64,000 bases of DNA from Lama glama (lineage: Eukaryota): positions 24,244,001-24,308,000 of the forward strand of contig CM052818.1 in NCBI GenBank assembly GCA_028534125.1. The letters run 5' to 3'. Position 1 is the stretch's first letter. Each line of letters begins with the position of its first letter. A model generated the notes under the pieces. It was not told where the DNA came from. It saw only the letters and a list, made by a program, of their open reading frames with translations, and made no database searches. The position numbers and the translations under genes are program-made. Shown here piece by piece: positions 1-13,989 of this stretch.

Positions 1-903
1 GACTTATGACTTCTTAAGCATTCACTGATGACTGTGCATGTAGAAAATCTTGTGATTATATTTTGAGAAGAGAATTGGAAGTGTTGGCAGTTTTGGTGTG
101 AAAAAAAATGACTGAATTGCTTTCTGCTATAGTTAGCTGGTGGAGAAGCAAACTCATGGTGGCCGAGAATGATAGAAAAGTTGAACTTTGTTCTAGAGCA
201 TAGAGCGCAGATTTGAGGCTTCTGTTTACATGACAGAAGGGCCAGACTAGTTGGCTCCTTGAGCTACAATGAGCAGGAGGAACAGATTTTTTAGGGGTTT
301 TGATGGGGAACAAGACCCTTGAACGTTGGGGGAAAATTAGTGTAAAAGTAAGAGAGAGATTTACTTCTCTAGAGACGTGAAAATCTGTGGCCCACAGGAA
401 AGGTCTTTACGTTTCAAGGAAATGATAATGATGGTTACTCTTAAAAAAAATTCCCCTGGGAGCTTCAGGTCAAATAAAATTTTCTGCTGTGATTAAAAAC
501 TGTGGACATTGAGTGGTCCCAGGCAAACTACTGAAGATTTCAAGAGCTCTGAAAATGACAGAAGGCGTGAGACTAGCAGACGGTACTGGGGAGGAGTCTG
601 AAGGCCAGAGAGGCTGTAAATTCTCTCCAAGGTCAGTGAATGGAAAGCAAAGGACTCCAGATCACCTGGGTTTCTGATCAGAACTGATCTGTCCATGCTA
701 CACCTCTTTCAATTTCTTAAAGTTACGTGGTATTTTCAAGTGTCATGGCAAGATTCCAGAAGAAATTTCCATGTTGGAGAATTGCTAAAGTCATTTTAAG
801 TTCTGTAAAGCCATGAAAGGGGAACAAATCCCCATGGCACTTAGTCTGCTGAGGACAAAATGGCCTTTCCTATTCCGCTGACCTTGTCCCATGAGTTGAG
901 CCA

Positions 904-1062
904 CGGTTCTCAACCCTAACGGCACATTTTAATCATTTAGGATGGGTGGTGTCCACTATACCCTTGATGAGCTAAATTTGCTCCTCGGGTCCAAGCAAAG
1001 GTAGTTTATTTTTTAAGTCTACCCTATGAAATTTTAATGTGCAGCCAGGATTGAGAACCACT
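904..1062. mobile_element. MER5A-like hAT-Charlie non-autonomous DNA transposon remnant
   Basis: Inverted termini ggttctcaacc ... gattgagaaccac; internal ttttaatgtgcagccagg typical of MER5. Confidence 0.55.
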
Positions 1063-1799
1063 TCCTTTTTACAATAAAAAAAAAATGATAACCAAATCCA
1101 ATTTATTGCAATGGGGGCAGTTAACAGAGCCACACTGAAGATAAAAAATGTGTTCTTTCCCAGAAAGGTGATTTCTTTGGAAGTTTTATTGCTGTAATCT
1201 TTGCTGACAGAGAGTTCCTATTTAAAGGTTTCAGAATACTTAAAAAAAAGTTTTCTCCATAATAAAATACTGATATAGATCTGTTCAGTATCTCTCATAC
1301 TCCCTAGCCTGAAACCTATGTGAATACTAGCCACCATTATTGAAAGGTAAAACATATATATATGTATATGTGACATGAATTCTTAACTACAGCTGCTAAG
1401 TGAAATTTTATATTGTCTTAGCAAATTATCCAACAGTTGTCTTGAAAGGGCATATTAATTCTGGATAGCAACAGTTTTATTAAGGATTAGGCCAATCATT
1501 GCCTTTTTTTGCTTTTTGCCTTTCTAAATGTCAAGAACTTTGGAAAGAGGGTGTGTGACTTTATGCAGGAGACATATTAATTTGTCATTTATCAAAGTAC
1601 ATGACTGAGAAACTAATGTTAGCCCCAAAACTAAGAGGCTAAGTCGGGACACAAAAGACTCCTTCCATTTAAGTGGAACATGAAGACTCAGAGCTCTGTA
1701 AAAAAGACCCTGGGCTGATCGCAGGTAGAGATATAATAAATAATTCCTTTAGATGTCAGCTCATGGTAAAAAAGACTATTCAAGAAAGCGGGCTGGAGC

Positions 1800-2010
1800 A
1801 GTGATTAGAATCATGACTGCTGAGATTGGTTGAAGTCAGACAGCCTGAGTTTCACTCTGGCTCTTCAATGTATTGATGGCTCTGTGACTTTGGACAAGTA
1901 ACGTCATCTTTGTAAGCCTCTACTTCCTTCTCCGTAAATTGCAGACAGTGATAATCACGTTAAAGGAATTAAGTGGCAAAGTGCCAATAGTTTAGCATGA
2001 TAACCTGTAA
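1800..2010 (+). mobile_element. MIR SINE remnant
   Basis: Degenerate MIR core: gtcagacagcctgagtt ... ctgtgactttggacaagta ... gcctctacttccttctccgtaaa. Confidence 0.6.
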
Positions 2011-2824
2011 GTGGTGGTACCATCTTTGTAAGCAGTATGAAAATCAAATGGATTTTTCTTAAGAAACTGATTTTCCTGTCACTAGAAATATTAAACAGAA
2101 GAGTGATCACATCACAAGGAGAGCACAGATGAATTCTTAAATGCTTTTCAATTTAGTTTCCAAAATCAGCCCACCACTAATGTTGAACGTTTGGGAGATA
2201 CTGATTAAATATTCTTTGGTTCATCATGAACAGTGAATTCCCCACTTCAGATCACACCGTGGTGAGTCTGGAAACAATCATTTAAAATATCAAAATTAAA
2301 TACATACAGATACATATTTGCTCATGAATAGAGACATACAAAAAGTATTTCAAAAATGAAGTCATATCTTAGTAGAAGAGAAAGGCACCAGTTAAATCAT
2401 TTTTCTGAACAAGGTCTGTTTTAGGTAGAGATAGAAGAGTACATTGAATATTTACCCTATTCAGAGTAATGTATTATATTCCAGTTAATAATAACATACA
2501 ATAGTCATTATAACTTGAGTTCTTCAGTCTGTCCAGGATCTTGCCCTCTGAGACATAAGATGCAATCACATATGAACTGACATGTACGCTATTATCATTA
2601 TTCTATTATCAGTCACAAGCTACTGTTGAATTTCATTTAAAGAAATATAATTTTAACAAACTATTTCTAAGTCCTAACTAATTTTACCTCCGCTTTACCC
2701 ATATGGATAAAAAATTATAAAATAAATTTTTTTTTTTGCTTTAAACTCTGAGTTCTAGATTCAGGCAAATCCATCAAGTCCACTTTTTATTGTCATGCTG
2801 GGCAAGTTACTTAATAACTATCTT

Positions 2825-3015
2825 GACATGTGTTGAACTCTGCTATTTTCCAAGCACACTTCTAAGTAAGTCACATACATTAATTTAAAAATTCTAACAC
2901 TTACCCTAAAGATAGGCAGTCATCTTGCAAATAAAGAGTGATGCACAGAAAAGTTAAGTAATATGCCCAAGGTCACACAGCAAATAAACAGAAGAGGCAG
3001 GATTTGAAGTCTGTT
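2825..3015 (-). mobile_element. MIR SINE remnant
   Basis: gcacagaaaagttaagtaatatgcccaaggtcacacagc ... gcaggatttgaa is the reverse complement of the MIR core. Confidence 0.65.
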
Positions 3016-4739
3016 CTTATGCCTGTGTGTTATACTGTTCCACAACTGTTTCTTGGCCTTTTAAAAACAGAAACAAATAAATTAATGTATGAAAAAATTT
3101 AAGTTCAAAAATATTCAATAGAGTGTCTAACAAGAAGTAACAGCAAACCATGTTATTCTTTTCAGATTATTGTTCATTTAACTTAATCTGTTTAATGAGT
3201 AAGCTACTCATTTGAAACAATGTGTCTGAATATTAACTGTATAAGAAAAGTACTGATTGCCCTTTATAGACTAACATTTAAAAACTGCCAGCTGGACATA
3301 TTTCAGAAATAGAGGTTAAATTATTATTTTGTGACTGTATTCCATTCTCTTTTCCTCTCTAGCATATTACTAATGTTTTAATAAATGTGTGCTACAATTT
3401 TTACATTTCCCCCTTAACTTCACCATCATATAGCAAGGATGATTTGTATGAAAATGATAAAATGAGATAAAAATCATTTAAATGAAAATATTGTATTCAA
3501 GGACTCATTTCACAGACATATTAAATTGTATTTAAACTCCAATTCAAAATTTAAAATGAAGAATAAGAACTCTATTTGGCCTTCAATTTAACATTTTAAA
3601 TTATGCTTATGAACATCGGACTTTCAGGAATTCAACATACAATTTTCACCAATGTTGTAGAGTTGTGTATTAGTTTTATGAAAATTATAATGAAACATAC
3701 TTTAACTATGACTATGCAAACTATACAGAAGTTGGTCACTTATTTTTTTGCAAGAGAATGTAATGAAAGTTTACCTCTTTCCTCTCCACTTTGTATCATG
3801 AATATGTCCAGAAATTAGAGGTCAAATCCACCTTCTACCACTCTGTTTTCACTCTACTACACATTCAAGATCATTTATTATATTGTTTCCCTGGCAATGA
3901 TTTTGCTATGATTAATTTAAATATTCCTTTGCCTTAAAAAGAAAAATACCTCCTGTGATTCAGGTGAGGGATAGGGAAGCAAATAAAAGATTAGAGGCAA
4001 ACAAAAACTGGGGTTCCTGCAAGTCCCACGAATCTATAGACCCTAAGAGGTTACATTTTTTTGTTGATCAACAATCAACAACCATCAACCATATCAGCAA
4101 ACAGCCATGGTAATTAACTTGAAGTACATAACTTCCTGAGCAATTCAAAGCATTGAAAAACTAAAACAAAAACACAGTATGCTGAAACCCAAAGCTTCAT
4201 TATAAAGAAACAAAAATTTAATAACACTTATTAAATTAGCTTATGTTCAATATGTGTGCCCCAAAGCCGCAGTTTAAACCCATGATCTTTTGGGGAACAC
4301 AGGCTAAATAAATAGAGAATACATGTCCCAAAGCTCATTTTTTTCCCCTCAACAATCCGTTTGGATCTAGCTAAAATAAAATGTGCCTAATTTACTAGAT
4401 AATCTTATCTATTTTTCAAAGGAATATGTAATAAATACTCACCGAATAGTTTGAGAACCAGATCTTCCAAAGTTCACCAAGGTTGTGACCTTCCAAACCA
4501 CATCTTCCAAAATGTGATCTGAGAAGGAATTATTCTTCAGTGTCTTTGGTGAAATAAAAGGACCCATTATCCAAAAACAGCATTTATGAAATATATAAAA
4601 TGAATCTGTCTCAGATATGCAGAGGGCACACCAACATGTCACTAGCTCTGAGAAATTCTGGAGAAGGATAATCTGGGTCTGACCTTGGTGTTATGTTAAA
4701 CAATGGTTTAGAGTCTAGATGACATGTCGCCCATTCACT

Positions 4740-4890
4740 GCCCTCCCTGACCTCCCAGCATCCATGGCAGGCATCAGTCGTGTCATCGTTACTGACTAGC
4801 CAAGATAAGTCTCAGAGTCATTCTCAGTAGACTGTCACAGGCAGCCACCACTAATTGACCAGAGTCAATACACAGGATGAAATGTCCTGG
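4740..4890. mobile_element. Ancient hAT-Charlie MER-type fragment (MER102/MER112-like)
   Basis: ccatggcaggcatca ... tcagagtcattctca ... caggcagccaccactaattga ... gatgaaa resembles these families; family assignment from memory. Confidence 0.35.
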
Positions 4891-5579
4891 AAATAGTTAA
4901 CTTGAAATTAGTCCTTTCTCTGGAAGAATTAATTTGACATGGCCTGTGGTTGTCACACAAAGGAGAAGCTATTTAATAGGTCTCTGTATGAAAATAATAG
5001 AAGGATGCTAGCTTACAGAATGCCTATTCAAGTTCCATCTTTAACAGCTGCATCCATATACATGCAGAGCTATCTTAAAAGGAGAGAGAAGTCTTCTGCA
5101 TATTGTTTTTGTGGTTTGGGGAGATGATAAATGCACAAATCAAGTGTTCTCTTTTGATTTAGATTCAGCCTGCCATAGAAGATATGTTTGTGGACTCAGG
5201 TGCCTGTATGCCTGTGGGCTTTTTGCTCCCAGAGCGCCTAGAATTGAGTGCTCTCCCTCACGTTTCACACGGATGTAATTATGTGACTCTGTCACTATCC
5301 TCCACACATTGGGTTCCCGGAGCTACATCCTATACCAGGAGACAGCACCGAAGAACTGAATCTGGTGGGGCAGGGAATCACAGTAACAGGCTACCACAAG
5401 GCAGTTTCAGGAGAACTAGGACAAAGAGTAATAGGCCAGCAGTGATGCGGATGGAGGCAGCGGCAGGTGCAGAATCCTGGAGGAAAGAGGAAAACACACC
5501 ACATGTGGGATGGGAAACCAATGACAAATAGTCTGGCATTGCAAGAAGTGGTTTTGGGGATTGTTTTCATTTGTTTTTT

Positions 5580-5780
5580 ACTCTTTATTGAAGTCTAATA
5601 TACCTACAGAAACATGTGGCTGTGTCGTTCAATGAATTTTCATAAACATAATTCACCCACTTGTCCATGTACCTGGCACCTAGATGGAGACACAGTACCA
5701 TTATCAGCACCTCAGAAGATCCCCTGATAACTTTCCAGATGTATTTCCCCCAGGTCACCACTAGACTGATTGCTATCAGT
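5580..5780 (-). mobile_element. Old L1M 3'-end fragment
   Basis: ctttattgaagtctaatatac ... tcaatgaattttcataaa ... cattatcagcacctcagaag typical of antisense L1MD/ME 3' ends. Confidence 0.5.
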
Positions 5781-7794
5781 GTTTTGCTATTGCTGAGTTT
5801 TAAGGTGTGGAGTAGCCAGAGACGAGGCTGGAGAGGTGATCGCACGAAAAAGAATCTCCCTTATCTTGTTTAGAAGGTGGGAATTTGTTCTGAAGGTGGG
5901 GGCAGGGGAGTGGGAGAGTGGGAGGTGAGGGGGTGGGGGCACAGAAGGGTTCTAGCCAGTGAGTGTCACTAGATTTGTGACATCTCTTAATTTTGTATCT
6001 CCACTATTATTTCCTGACATAAAGTAGGTAATTAATGTCTGATGAGTAATTGAAAGGCTAAGTGAATATTCTTTACATAAGTAATGTATTTATTACTGAA
6101 AATCACATAAAAGTGTTCAACTACTCTAACAATCACATCTGGGCATAGGGGATCCAAAAAATAATTTTTAGATGATGATTTCATTCTGCTTGTAAGAACC
6201 AATGAAATAAACATGGAATGTGTTTAGTTCCCATCACATAGTAATTATTCAATAAATGGAAGCTGGTATTGTTATTCACTCGGTAAGCATTTAGTGAGCG
6301 TCTACTATTTCCAAACACTGTGATTTTGTGTGTAAAATGGTAAGTAAGACACAGTCCTTTCTCTCAAAGAGTCTATTAATGAAGGGGCAAAGATGTCAGG
6401 TTAAAGGAGAGAACAAGTCCAGGGGTTGATAACAAGACAATCGTCTGGGACAAGTCAAAAAGCAACAGGAAACTGGGAGGAAAGGTGGAAGTCAGGCTAG
6501 CATGTCTGTGCCTCCTTCAGTGGGTGAAATGTGTGATGTGGTGAAAGGGAAGACACGTTGGGAAGATAAACCATGGGGCGATGAGTAGGAATTTTTCTAA
6601 AGAAAATTTTAAAGCAATTATCCCTTCCATAGGATAGCATTCGTTTCTAGGGTTATATCTACCTTGTCTGTTTGCCTTTGTATCTGTACTCATTGGCCTA
6701 GGATGAACTAAACAGAACCAGTCAGAATCTTTTCGGGGAATTGATATGTATGCTGGGAAAGGGAAGGATTCTACTTCTTCTGAGAAGGCCAGGATTAAGA
6801 TGAGGCTGAGAGATTGTGAACACAATCTTTGCAGCTTCATGGTCAGAGTTTAATTTAGGATAGAGTAAAGCAGATTGAGAAGGGAGAAGGAAGGAGTTGC
6901 TTTGAGTTTTTGATCCCCTGGGTATAACACCATCTGAAACCTGGGCCTCTCACTGCATCCATAAGGGGATGATGTATTCTTATTATTAGACTTTGGTCAG
7001 GTCCCACCTGTGTAGGGGATGAGATAGGGCCTTAGGATTGAAATCCCTGGGAAGTGGGCAAGGGGTGACTCCCAAAAGGGCCTGATGAGGAACAAACCAA
7101 ACGGTGACAGGTATCCACATACTTGTTGAAGGATTTGAATACTTCCCTTCCTTAGTGTGTTTCCCTGTCTTCCTAAGAGTCTGTACTGGGCAGTCTCTAG
7201 AAAATTCTCTGCCTCTAATAAGAGTCTCTGGTTCAATTACAGATCAGTTTTCAAAAACAAGGACGGTGGATTTAATTTACATTTTTCAAAGCATTGCATT
7301 TGCATCAAAACAGAGCACACACATCAATCAAAACACCTAGAACTGAGGGAGATTTATGATTATGATTTATGGCAAATGTTTTATTATTATTTTTAAATGT
7401 TGGTCTTCCAAAGTGAGCAAGTCTGAGCAGTTATTTTTAACTATTTTGCTAATTTATGTTGCAAGAACTGAATATTATAGAAATAGTACACAAAGAGGAT
7501 ATATACACCTTAATGGAGACACCGCAGTGCTAATGTAACTGCAGTGTTGGAAATATAACTCAACCAATATCAACACAAACACAAAGTACAGGCGGACTAG
7601 GAGACAGAGGAAGACAGAGTAGGGCCAGTGCTTTCAGTTAGGGTGGTCAAAGGAAATGGAATTTAAATGAGGAAACAAATCAAGTGAATAACTGGGGAGA
7701 AGATTTCCGGATAGAAGGAAAACCCAGCAAGTATATTGTTCTAGGAACAATAAGGATCCCAGTGACACTGGATAAAAAGTGAAGGATTAGTAAA

Positions 7795-7840
<46 letters not shown>

Positions 7841-7852
7841 TTAATAATAATA
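7795..7852 (+). repeat. (AAT)n microsatellite, about 15 perfect units plus an interrupted tail
   Basis: Directly visible. Confidence 0.98.
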
Positions 7853-8124
7853 CATTAGCGATAAAGCTAGCAGTGAATTCATTGGGTCTTTGAGGAACAC
7901 AGATTTGGAAGACCCACTCGGGGGACTTTAATTCCAAGAGTGCTAGGAGTCCATTGGAGGCTTATGAACTGAGACATGAAATGAAATAATTTACATTTTT
8001 AAATGTAATTCCAGCTGCAAGAGAGAGGGATAAATTGTAGAAAGGCAAGAAAGGAAGAAAGAAAGGAAGGAAGAAAGAAAGAAGCAAGCAGCAAGCAAGC
8101 GATAATAATAGATTTATTACAGGT

Positions 8125-8257
8125 AGAGAGTCTACATAATTGGTCCCCTGAATCAGAACATTTTTGAGAGTAAAAGGGGGAAGTATTCAAAATTACACCA
8201 GATCAACAGCAGTGAACTGAGAATGTCCCAAGCAAACTGGGACATGTGCATGCCCTA
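8125..8257. mobile_element. MER94-like hAT-Blackjack remnant
   Basis: acatttttgagagtaaaaggggg ... tgtcccaagcaaactgggacatgtg ... ccct matches my recollection of the MER94 consensus. Confidence 0.5.
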
Positions 8258-9394
8258 ATTAAAGAGCTGTTTTCAATAATAAATTAATACTGTGTAGGTG
8301 TTCAAAGAAAAGCAGCCAAAATTAATAGCTACCAAACTCTTTTACCAAATACTAGATTTATAACATATTAATGGGCTATGAACTAAAAATAATTCTATGA
8401 GAGAGTAAATTAGGGATTACTAGGTTAAACCCAGGCAAACTGATTATTTACCGAAGGAGTTCTTGGAGCTTTTAAGAAACTAATTTGCTTTGTGAACATC
8501 TAAGCACTGTTGATGGTATGCAATGTTTCCCAAAGTCATTTGACTATGGATTTTATTTTTTCAAGGAGATAATTAATATCCTGTGATGCCAGCCTTCCAT
8601 GGAACTCAGTATGAGGAAGGTATGAGTCCATGAGAAATGTATGATTCAGGGACAGAGTAGAATGAATGATGGATATGATTCTAAGATTTGACCCAGACTT
8701 TCTAGTTAGATTGCTGGATAGTTAACATAGTGGTGCGAGGAGCTCGAAAGTACATTTAGAAGCAATGTCATGTTGATTTAGCTACTAATAAAATATCAAA
8801 GTTGTTCTTACACTTGGTAGATGAAATGAAGACTTTTTTTATTTTGCATGAAAATCTACTACTTGCTGTGTGTTTGTGGTTCTATGGACTTGAGTTTATC
8901 CCTGGGGATTTTTAAAAGTAAAAACTTCTTGGTGCCCTTTCCATCTCCCTCAGTAAGGACATGGGATCAGAGTCAAGGACAGTGGGCCAGAAAAAAACAG
9001 ATTCTAAATTGCCATAGACACAAAGGCCAGAAACACTCATGGGAAACTAAAGTATGTAAAGTAGGAAGGCAAGATGAAGAATTCAGAAATGAGAGAATTA
9101 TCTGATCTTGTCAGATACCCAAGCAGAAAGTTGTGCTGGGTCCTAAGACGGAGGCTACTGTTTGTGGCTGACTTCCCATACACTCTGATAGGAGTTGTGT
9201 GGGTGCGCCATCAGTCAGAATGCTTGGGAGCTGTCACCAGCTTCTAGATGCTGGCTTAATAAATGATCCACACATTCTTAAAAGGTGCTTAAAGAATAAA
9301 CCTCTCTAAGTTTCCTCTTCTACTTAATATTTCCTTACTTCATTAATAGAGGTTGGTTAACCTCTATGATCTTATAACTACTAACTAAAAATGG

Positions 9395-9630
9395 TAGCAA
9401 ACACATAAAGCAATTTCTATGTGCCAGGCACTTTCCTCAGTGCTCTTCCATATCTTAACTCATTAAATCCTTACAGTGACCTTATAAGCTAGATCCTATT
9501 ATCATCCTTATTTTCAGATGAGGAAAATAAAACAGGGACGGGATAAGCAAATCCACCCAAGGTCACAGAACTAATAAATAGTAGAGTGGACAAATCTCAT
9601 TCCAGAGTCAATCCTATTATTCACGCTACT
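9395..9630 (-). mobile_element. MIR SINE remnant
   Basis: ctatgtgccaggcac ... ctcattaaatcctt ... ttttcagatgaggaaa ... cccaaggtcacag. Confidence 0.7.
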
Positions 9631-10089
9631 ACAGGAAAGTGCATCACAGAAATTAATGGAGAAGGATACCTTTTAAATCTAGTATTGCTAGTTCCAACCC
9701 TTATGATCAGATAGAAACATGATTCCTATTCCAATTGACATCCCTTGAAGTCTCTGAAGACCAGCAGTTATTACATTTCTCTTAAACTTTATGGCTCCAA
9801 CTTTTTAGTAGGTCCTCTTAGGACATAAGTGTGAATTTCTACTTAATTTAATGCCTGAGAACTCATGTTTGAATGTGCACTCACCTTCTATTTTATTACT
9901 TACTTAGTTGATATGTTGTGGGGAGGGGGTACGGTGTTGAAATCCACAACTCAGTCAAGTTCTTTGCAGGTAATTTTGAGAGCTCCAGGTGCAGGACCTT
10001 GAGACCCACCCCTATTAAACTGCATCTTTTAAGATCTTTGTGGATCCTAAGTGTCATGCAGCCTGTTTTCATTCTTCAACTTTGGCATC

Positions 10090-10440
10090 TATTGCAAATG
10101 TAGTGAGAAGGCTCTTATACCTTCATCCAATACTCTTACAAAGTATTTGGCCAAAGCCAAGGACAGTGCCATTCAGTACATCACTCAGGTTTTATCCATC
10201 CCAAGTCAGCAATCTTTGAACACAGTTGTTTAGCAAGGACTCCACCTAATTACATCAGGCAGTCCGTATTTCTTCATTTGGTCCATTTGATCCAACTATA
10301 CTTTGTATAGTTATGTAAAATATCCCAGTGAAGGTTGGAAATCAGGTACCAATAGCATTTCTCTTTCCAGCTAGTTTTAGATCCCTCAGTGTTCACGAGG
10401 TTAGACTGACTTGACTTTGAACATTAAACTCTATTTGCTT
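10090..10440 (-). mobile_element. Possible CR1/L3 LINE fragment
   Basis: ccttcatccaa ... cagttgtttagc ... gtccgtatttcttcatttggtcca resembles the antisense L3 RT region; highly decayed. Confidence 0.3.
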
Positions 10441-10599
10441 ATTTGCACTTTCATTGCTCTCTTTCAGTCTCCAGAGTTTCTCACAGAGTACTGACTGGTT
10501 CAACATTTTCTTATAAAAAGGTTCCATACACTGGAATATAATTTACTCATGCAAACATCTAAACAAATTTAGAACAGCCAGATACTGTTTTACCATCAC

Positions 10600-11145
10600 T
10601 TTATTCTGACTCTACTTTCCCATTACTAATACTTACCGTCTACCCTTCGATCCATACATTCAACTGTCTATTCAACTCATGTCCATAGATCCCCTAACCA
10701 AAATTTAGCATGTTTCAACTTTAACACATCATGTTTATTGCCCACAAAATTGCTCTTTCTGGTTTATCTAATGCTTTGATTATGCTTAGACTCCTTGACT
10801 TGCTGTCTCCCATTATAACAAATCCCTAAACCCTATAGTTCTTACCTCTTGTATGTCTCTCATATCCATTACCACTGCCTTTGATAGTTTATAACATGTG
10901 TTATTGCAATAGCATGCTAAAAGGTGCTCTTCCCCCTTTCTGGCCCTTCCTGACTATCTCCACTTTGTTGCCAAAGTGATCTTGCTAAAACACAATTTTG
11001 ATCTGGCATACACACATGTAAAGTCTTTTAATGAGTCCCTGTAACTTCCAGGAAAAAATCCAAATTCATTAGCATAGTACCAAAGGCCCCTGGAATTACA
11101 GCCCCATCTACATTCCTACGTTTGTCCCTTTCTATCTCCCAATAA
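10600..11145 (+). mobile_element. L2 LINE fragment, left part, interrupted by the L1
   Basis: ttattgcaatagc ... gccaaagtgatcttgctaaaacacaa ... aaaatccaaattcattagcat ... aaggccc are L2 3'-region motifs. Confidence 0.55.
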
Positions 11146-11491
11146 AGATTCTTTCCTTTTCTTTTTTTCTTAATTGAAAAACAATCAATTACAATGTGTC
11201 AATTTCTGGTATACAGCACAAAGTCCTAGCCATGCATATACATATGTATACTCATTTTCATATTTTTTCATTGAAGGTTATTACAAGATATTGAACATAG
11301 TTCCCTGTGCTATACAGAAGAAACTTTTTTTCTATTTTTATATATAGTGGCTAACATTTGTAAATCTGACTCCCAAATGTTTCCCTTCCCACCCCCTTTC
11401 CCTGATGACCATAAGATTATTTACTATGTCTGCAAGTCTGTTTCTGTTTTGTAGATGAGTTCATAGTGTCCTTTTTTTTTCTTTTTCTTTT

Positions 11492-12469
11492 TTACACTCC
11501 ACATATGAGTAATATCATATGGTGTATTTTTCCTTTCTCTTTCTGGCTTACTTCACTTAGAATGACAATCTCCTGGTTCATCCATGTTGCTGCAAAAGGC
11601 ATTATTTTAATCTTTTTATGGCTGAATAGTATTCCATTGTATTATATACCACAGCTTCTTTATCCAGTCATCTGTCAATGGACACTTAGGTTGCTTCCAT
11701 GTCTTGGCTATTGTATATAGTGCTGCTGTGAACATTGGGAAGCATGTATCTTTTCAAATTATAGTTCCCTATGGATTTATACCCAGAAGTGGGGTTGCTG
11801 TATCATATGGTAGGTCTATTTTTAGTTTTTTGAGGAATCTCCATACTGTTTTCCTTAATAGCTTCACCAAACTACATTCCCATCAGCAGTGTAGGAGGGT
11901 TCCCTTTTCTCCATAGCCTCTCCAGCTTTTGTCGTTTGTGAACTTTTGAATGATGGCCATTCTGACTGGTGTGAGGTGATACCTCATTGTAGTTTTGATT
12001 TGCATTTCTCTGATAATTAGTGATATTGAGCATTTTTTCATGTACCTATTGGCCATTTGTATGTCTTTATTAGAGAACTGCATGTTTAGTTCCCCTGCCC
12101 ATTTCTGGGTTGTGTTGTTTGTTTTTTTTGTTATTAAGTTGTATGAGCTGTTTATACATTCTGGAAATTAAGCCTTTGTCAGTTGCATCATTTGCAAACA
12201 TTTTCTCCCATTCCATAGGTTTCCATTTTGTTTTGTTTGTGGTTTCTTTTGCTGTGCAAAAGCTTGTAAGTTTAATTAGGTCCCATTTACTTTTATTTGC
12301 TCTTACTTCTATTGCCTGGGTGGACTGCCATATAAGAACATTGCGAAGATTTATGTTAGACAACATTTTGCTGTGTTTTCTTCCAGGAGATTTATCGTAT
12401 CTTGTTTTATATTTAAGACTTTAAGCCATTTTGAGTTTATTTTTGTGTGTGGAGTGAGGAAGTGTTCTA
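11492..12469 (-). pseudogene. L1 ORF2p C-terminal remnant, frameshifted
   Basis: Translated pieces [55 protein letters not shown] ... EKGTLLHC, ending MILLICGV* at 11492. Confidence 0.9.
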
Positions 12470-12491
12470 CTGCATCCTGCTTATTTTCTAT

Positions 12492-13380
12492 TTAGAGTAG
12501 ATGTTTCAATATTTCTTTTAGCATAGATCTCATATTGCTGAATTTTTTTAGTTTTTGCTTATCCGTGGAATTCTTTATCTCTCCTTCTATTCTAAAGGAT
12601 AACCTTGCTGGATAAAGTATCCTAGGTTGCAGCTTTTTCTCATTCAGAGCTTTGAATGTATCTTTCCACTCCCTTCTGGCTTGCAGTGTTTGTGTAGAGA
12701 AATTAGCTGAAAGCCTTATGGGGGTTTCCTTGTAACTAACTCTTTGTTTTTCTCTTGCTGCCTTTAGAATTATGTTCTTTATCTTTAACCTTGGCCATCT
12801 TGATTATAAAGCTTTGGTGTAGGTCTGTTTGAGTTCTTCTTGTTGAGGACTCTTTGTGCTTCCTGTACTTGGATATCTGATTCCTTCTTTATAGTTTGGG
12901 AAGTTTTCAGTCATGATTTCTTCAAATACCTTTTCAATCCCCTTTGCTCTTTCTTCTCCTTCTGGGACCCCTATTATGTGTAAGTTGACATGCTTTACTT
13001 TACCCCATAGGTCTCTTATATTGCTTTCATTGGCTTGTATTTACTTTTCTGTCTGCTGTTCTGATTGGATGACATCCATTATCAAGTCTTCTAAGTCATT
13101 TATTCATTTCTCTGCATTGTCTAGTCTGCTTTTGACACCTTTAGTTTGGCTCTTATCTCTGCCTTTTTAGTTTTCTGTTTTTAACTGGCTCCTCTTTATA
13201 GTTTCAATTTCCATTGTGAAGTAGTCTCTGTCCCTATTCATAGTCTCTTAGTTCCTTCAGTGATTTGATCATTCCCTTTTTGAAGTCATGATCTAGTAGA
13301 CTATCTAGGTCTATTTCATTGATCATTCTTTCAGGGGACTTCTCTTATTTTAATTGGGAGTGGTTCCTCTGCTTCTTCAT
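12492..13380 (-). pseudogene. L1 ORF1p remnant
   Basis: Starts MKKQRNHSQLK* (early stop) at ATG 13380 and ends LQPRILYPARLSFRIEGEIK ... LKEILKHLL* at 12492. Confidence 0.85.
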
Positions 13381-13989
13381 TTTACTTATATCTTTCTGGC
13401 ACTGTAGATTATGGAGTATCTGTTATCTACTCTGGTCTTAAAGGTTTGTGTTTTTTTTAAGAGGATGTGGAAATAAAACTAAAACAAAAAACAAAAAACC
13501 CAAATATATTTTTTTAATTTAAAAAATGTTTAAAGAAGAAAAATATTTTAAATAAAATAAAATAAAAACACAAATTTAATTTTTTAATTTAAAAGAATTT
13601 AAAAACATAAAAAATAAAGTAACACAAAATATAATTTAAAACTAAGAGAGAGAATGCGTTCCTGTGTAGACTGTGCACCCCTAATAATTTTGTCACCAGG
13701 TCTATTTTTAGTATGGATGGTTGCCAGGTCTTTCCTCCATGTGTGTTGGCTGTTATCCCTTTGACTAGGGCTGTGGCCAGTGTTGTGGTGACCAGAGCAT
13801 TGAGTGGGGCCTCTTTTTGTTCTGTGGTTGTCACAGCCCTGATAGGGGCCAGGTCTGTTCCCCTCTTGTTGGAATGGAGGCGCCCAGACCCATTTCTGAA
13901 CTGCAGTGGGTAGTGGGTGGGGTTGGAGAGCTTTAAGTGCTCTTTGTTGACTCTGCCCTTGTCCCTGCTTTGGCTGCAGGAATGTCAGT

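Noticed and set aside
6630..6960. Possible ERVL (LTR16/33-like) LTR remnant
   Set aside because: Only a few short motifs (cattggcc, aaccagtcagaatc) support it, too few to call boundaries or a family.
7680..7937. Leu-rich ORF resembling a membrane peptide
   Set aside because: It is the translation of the (AAT)n microsatellite on the minus strand.
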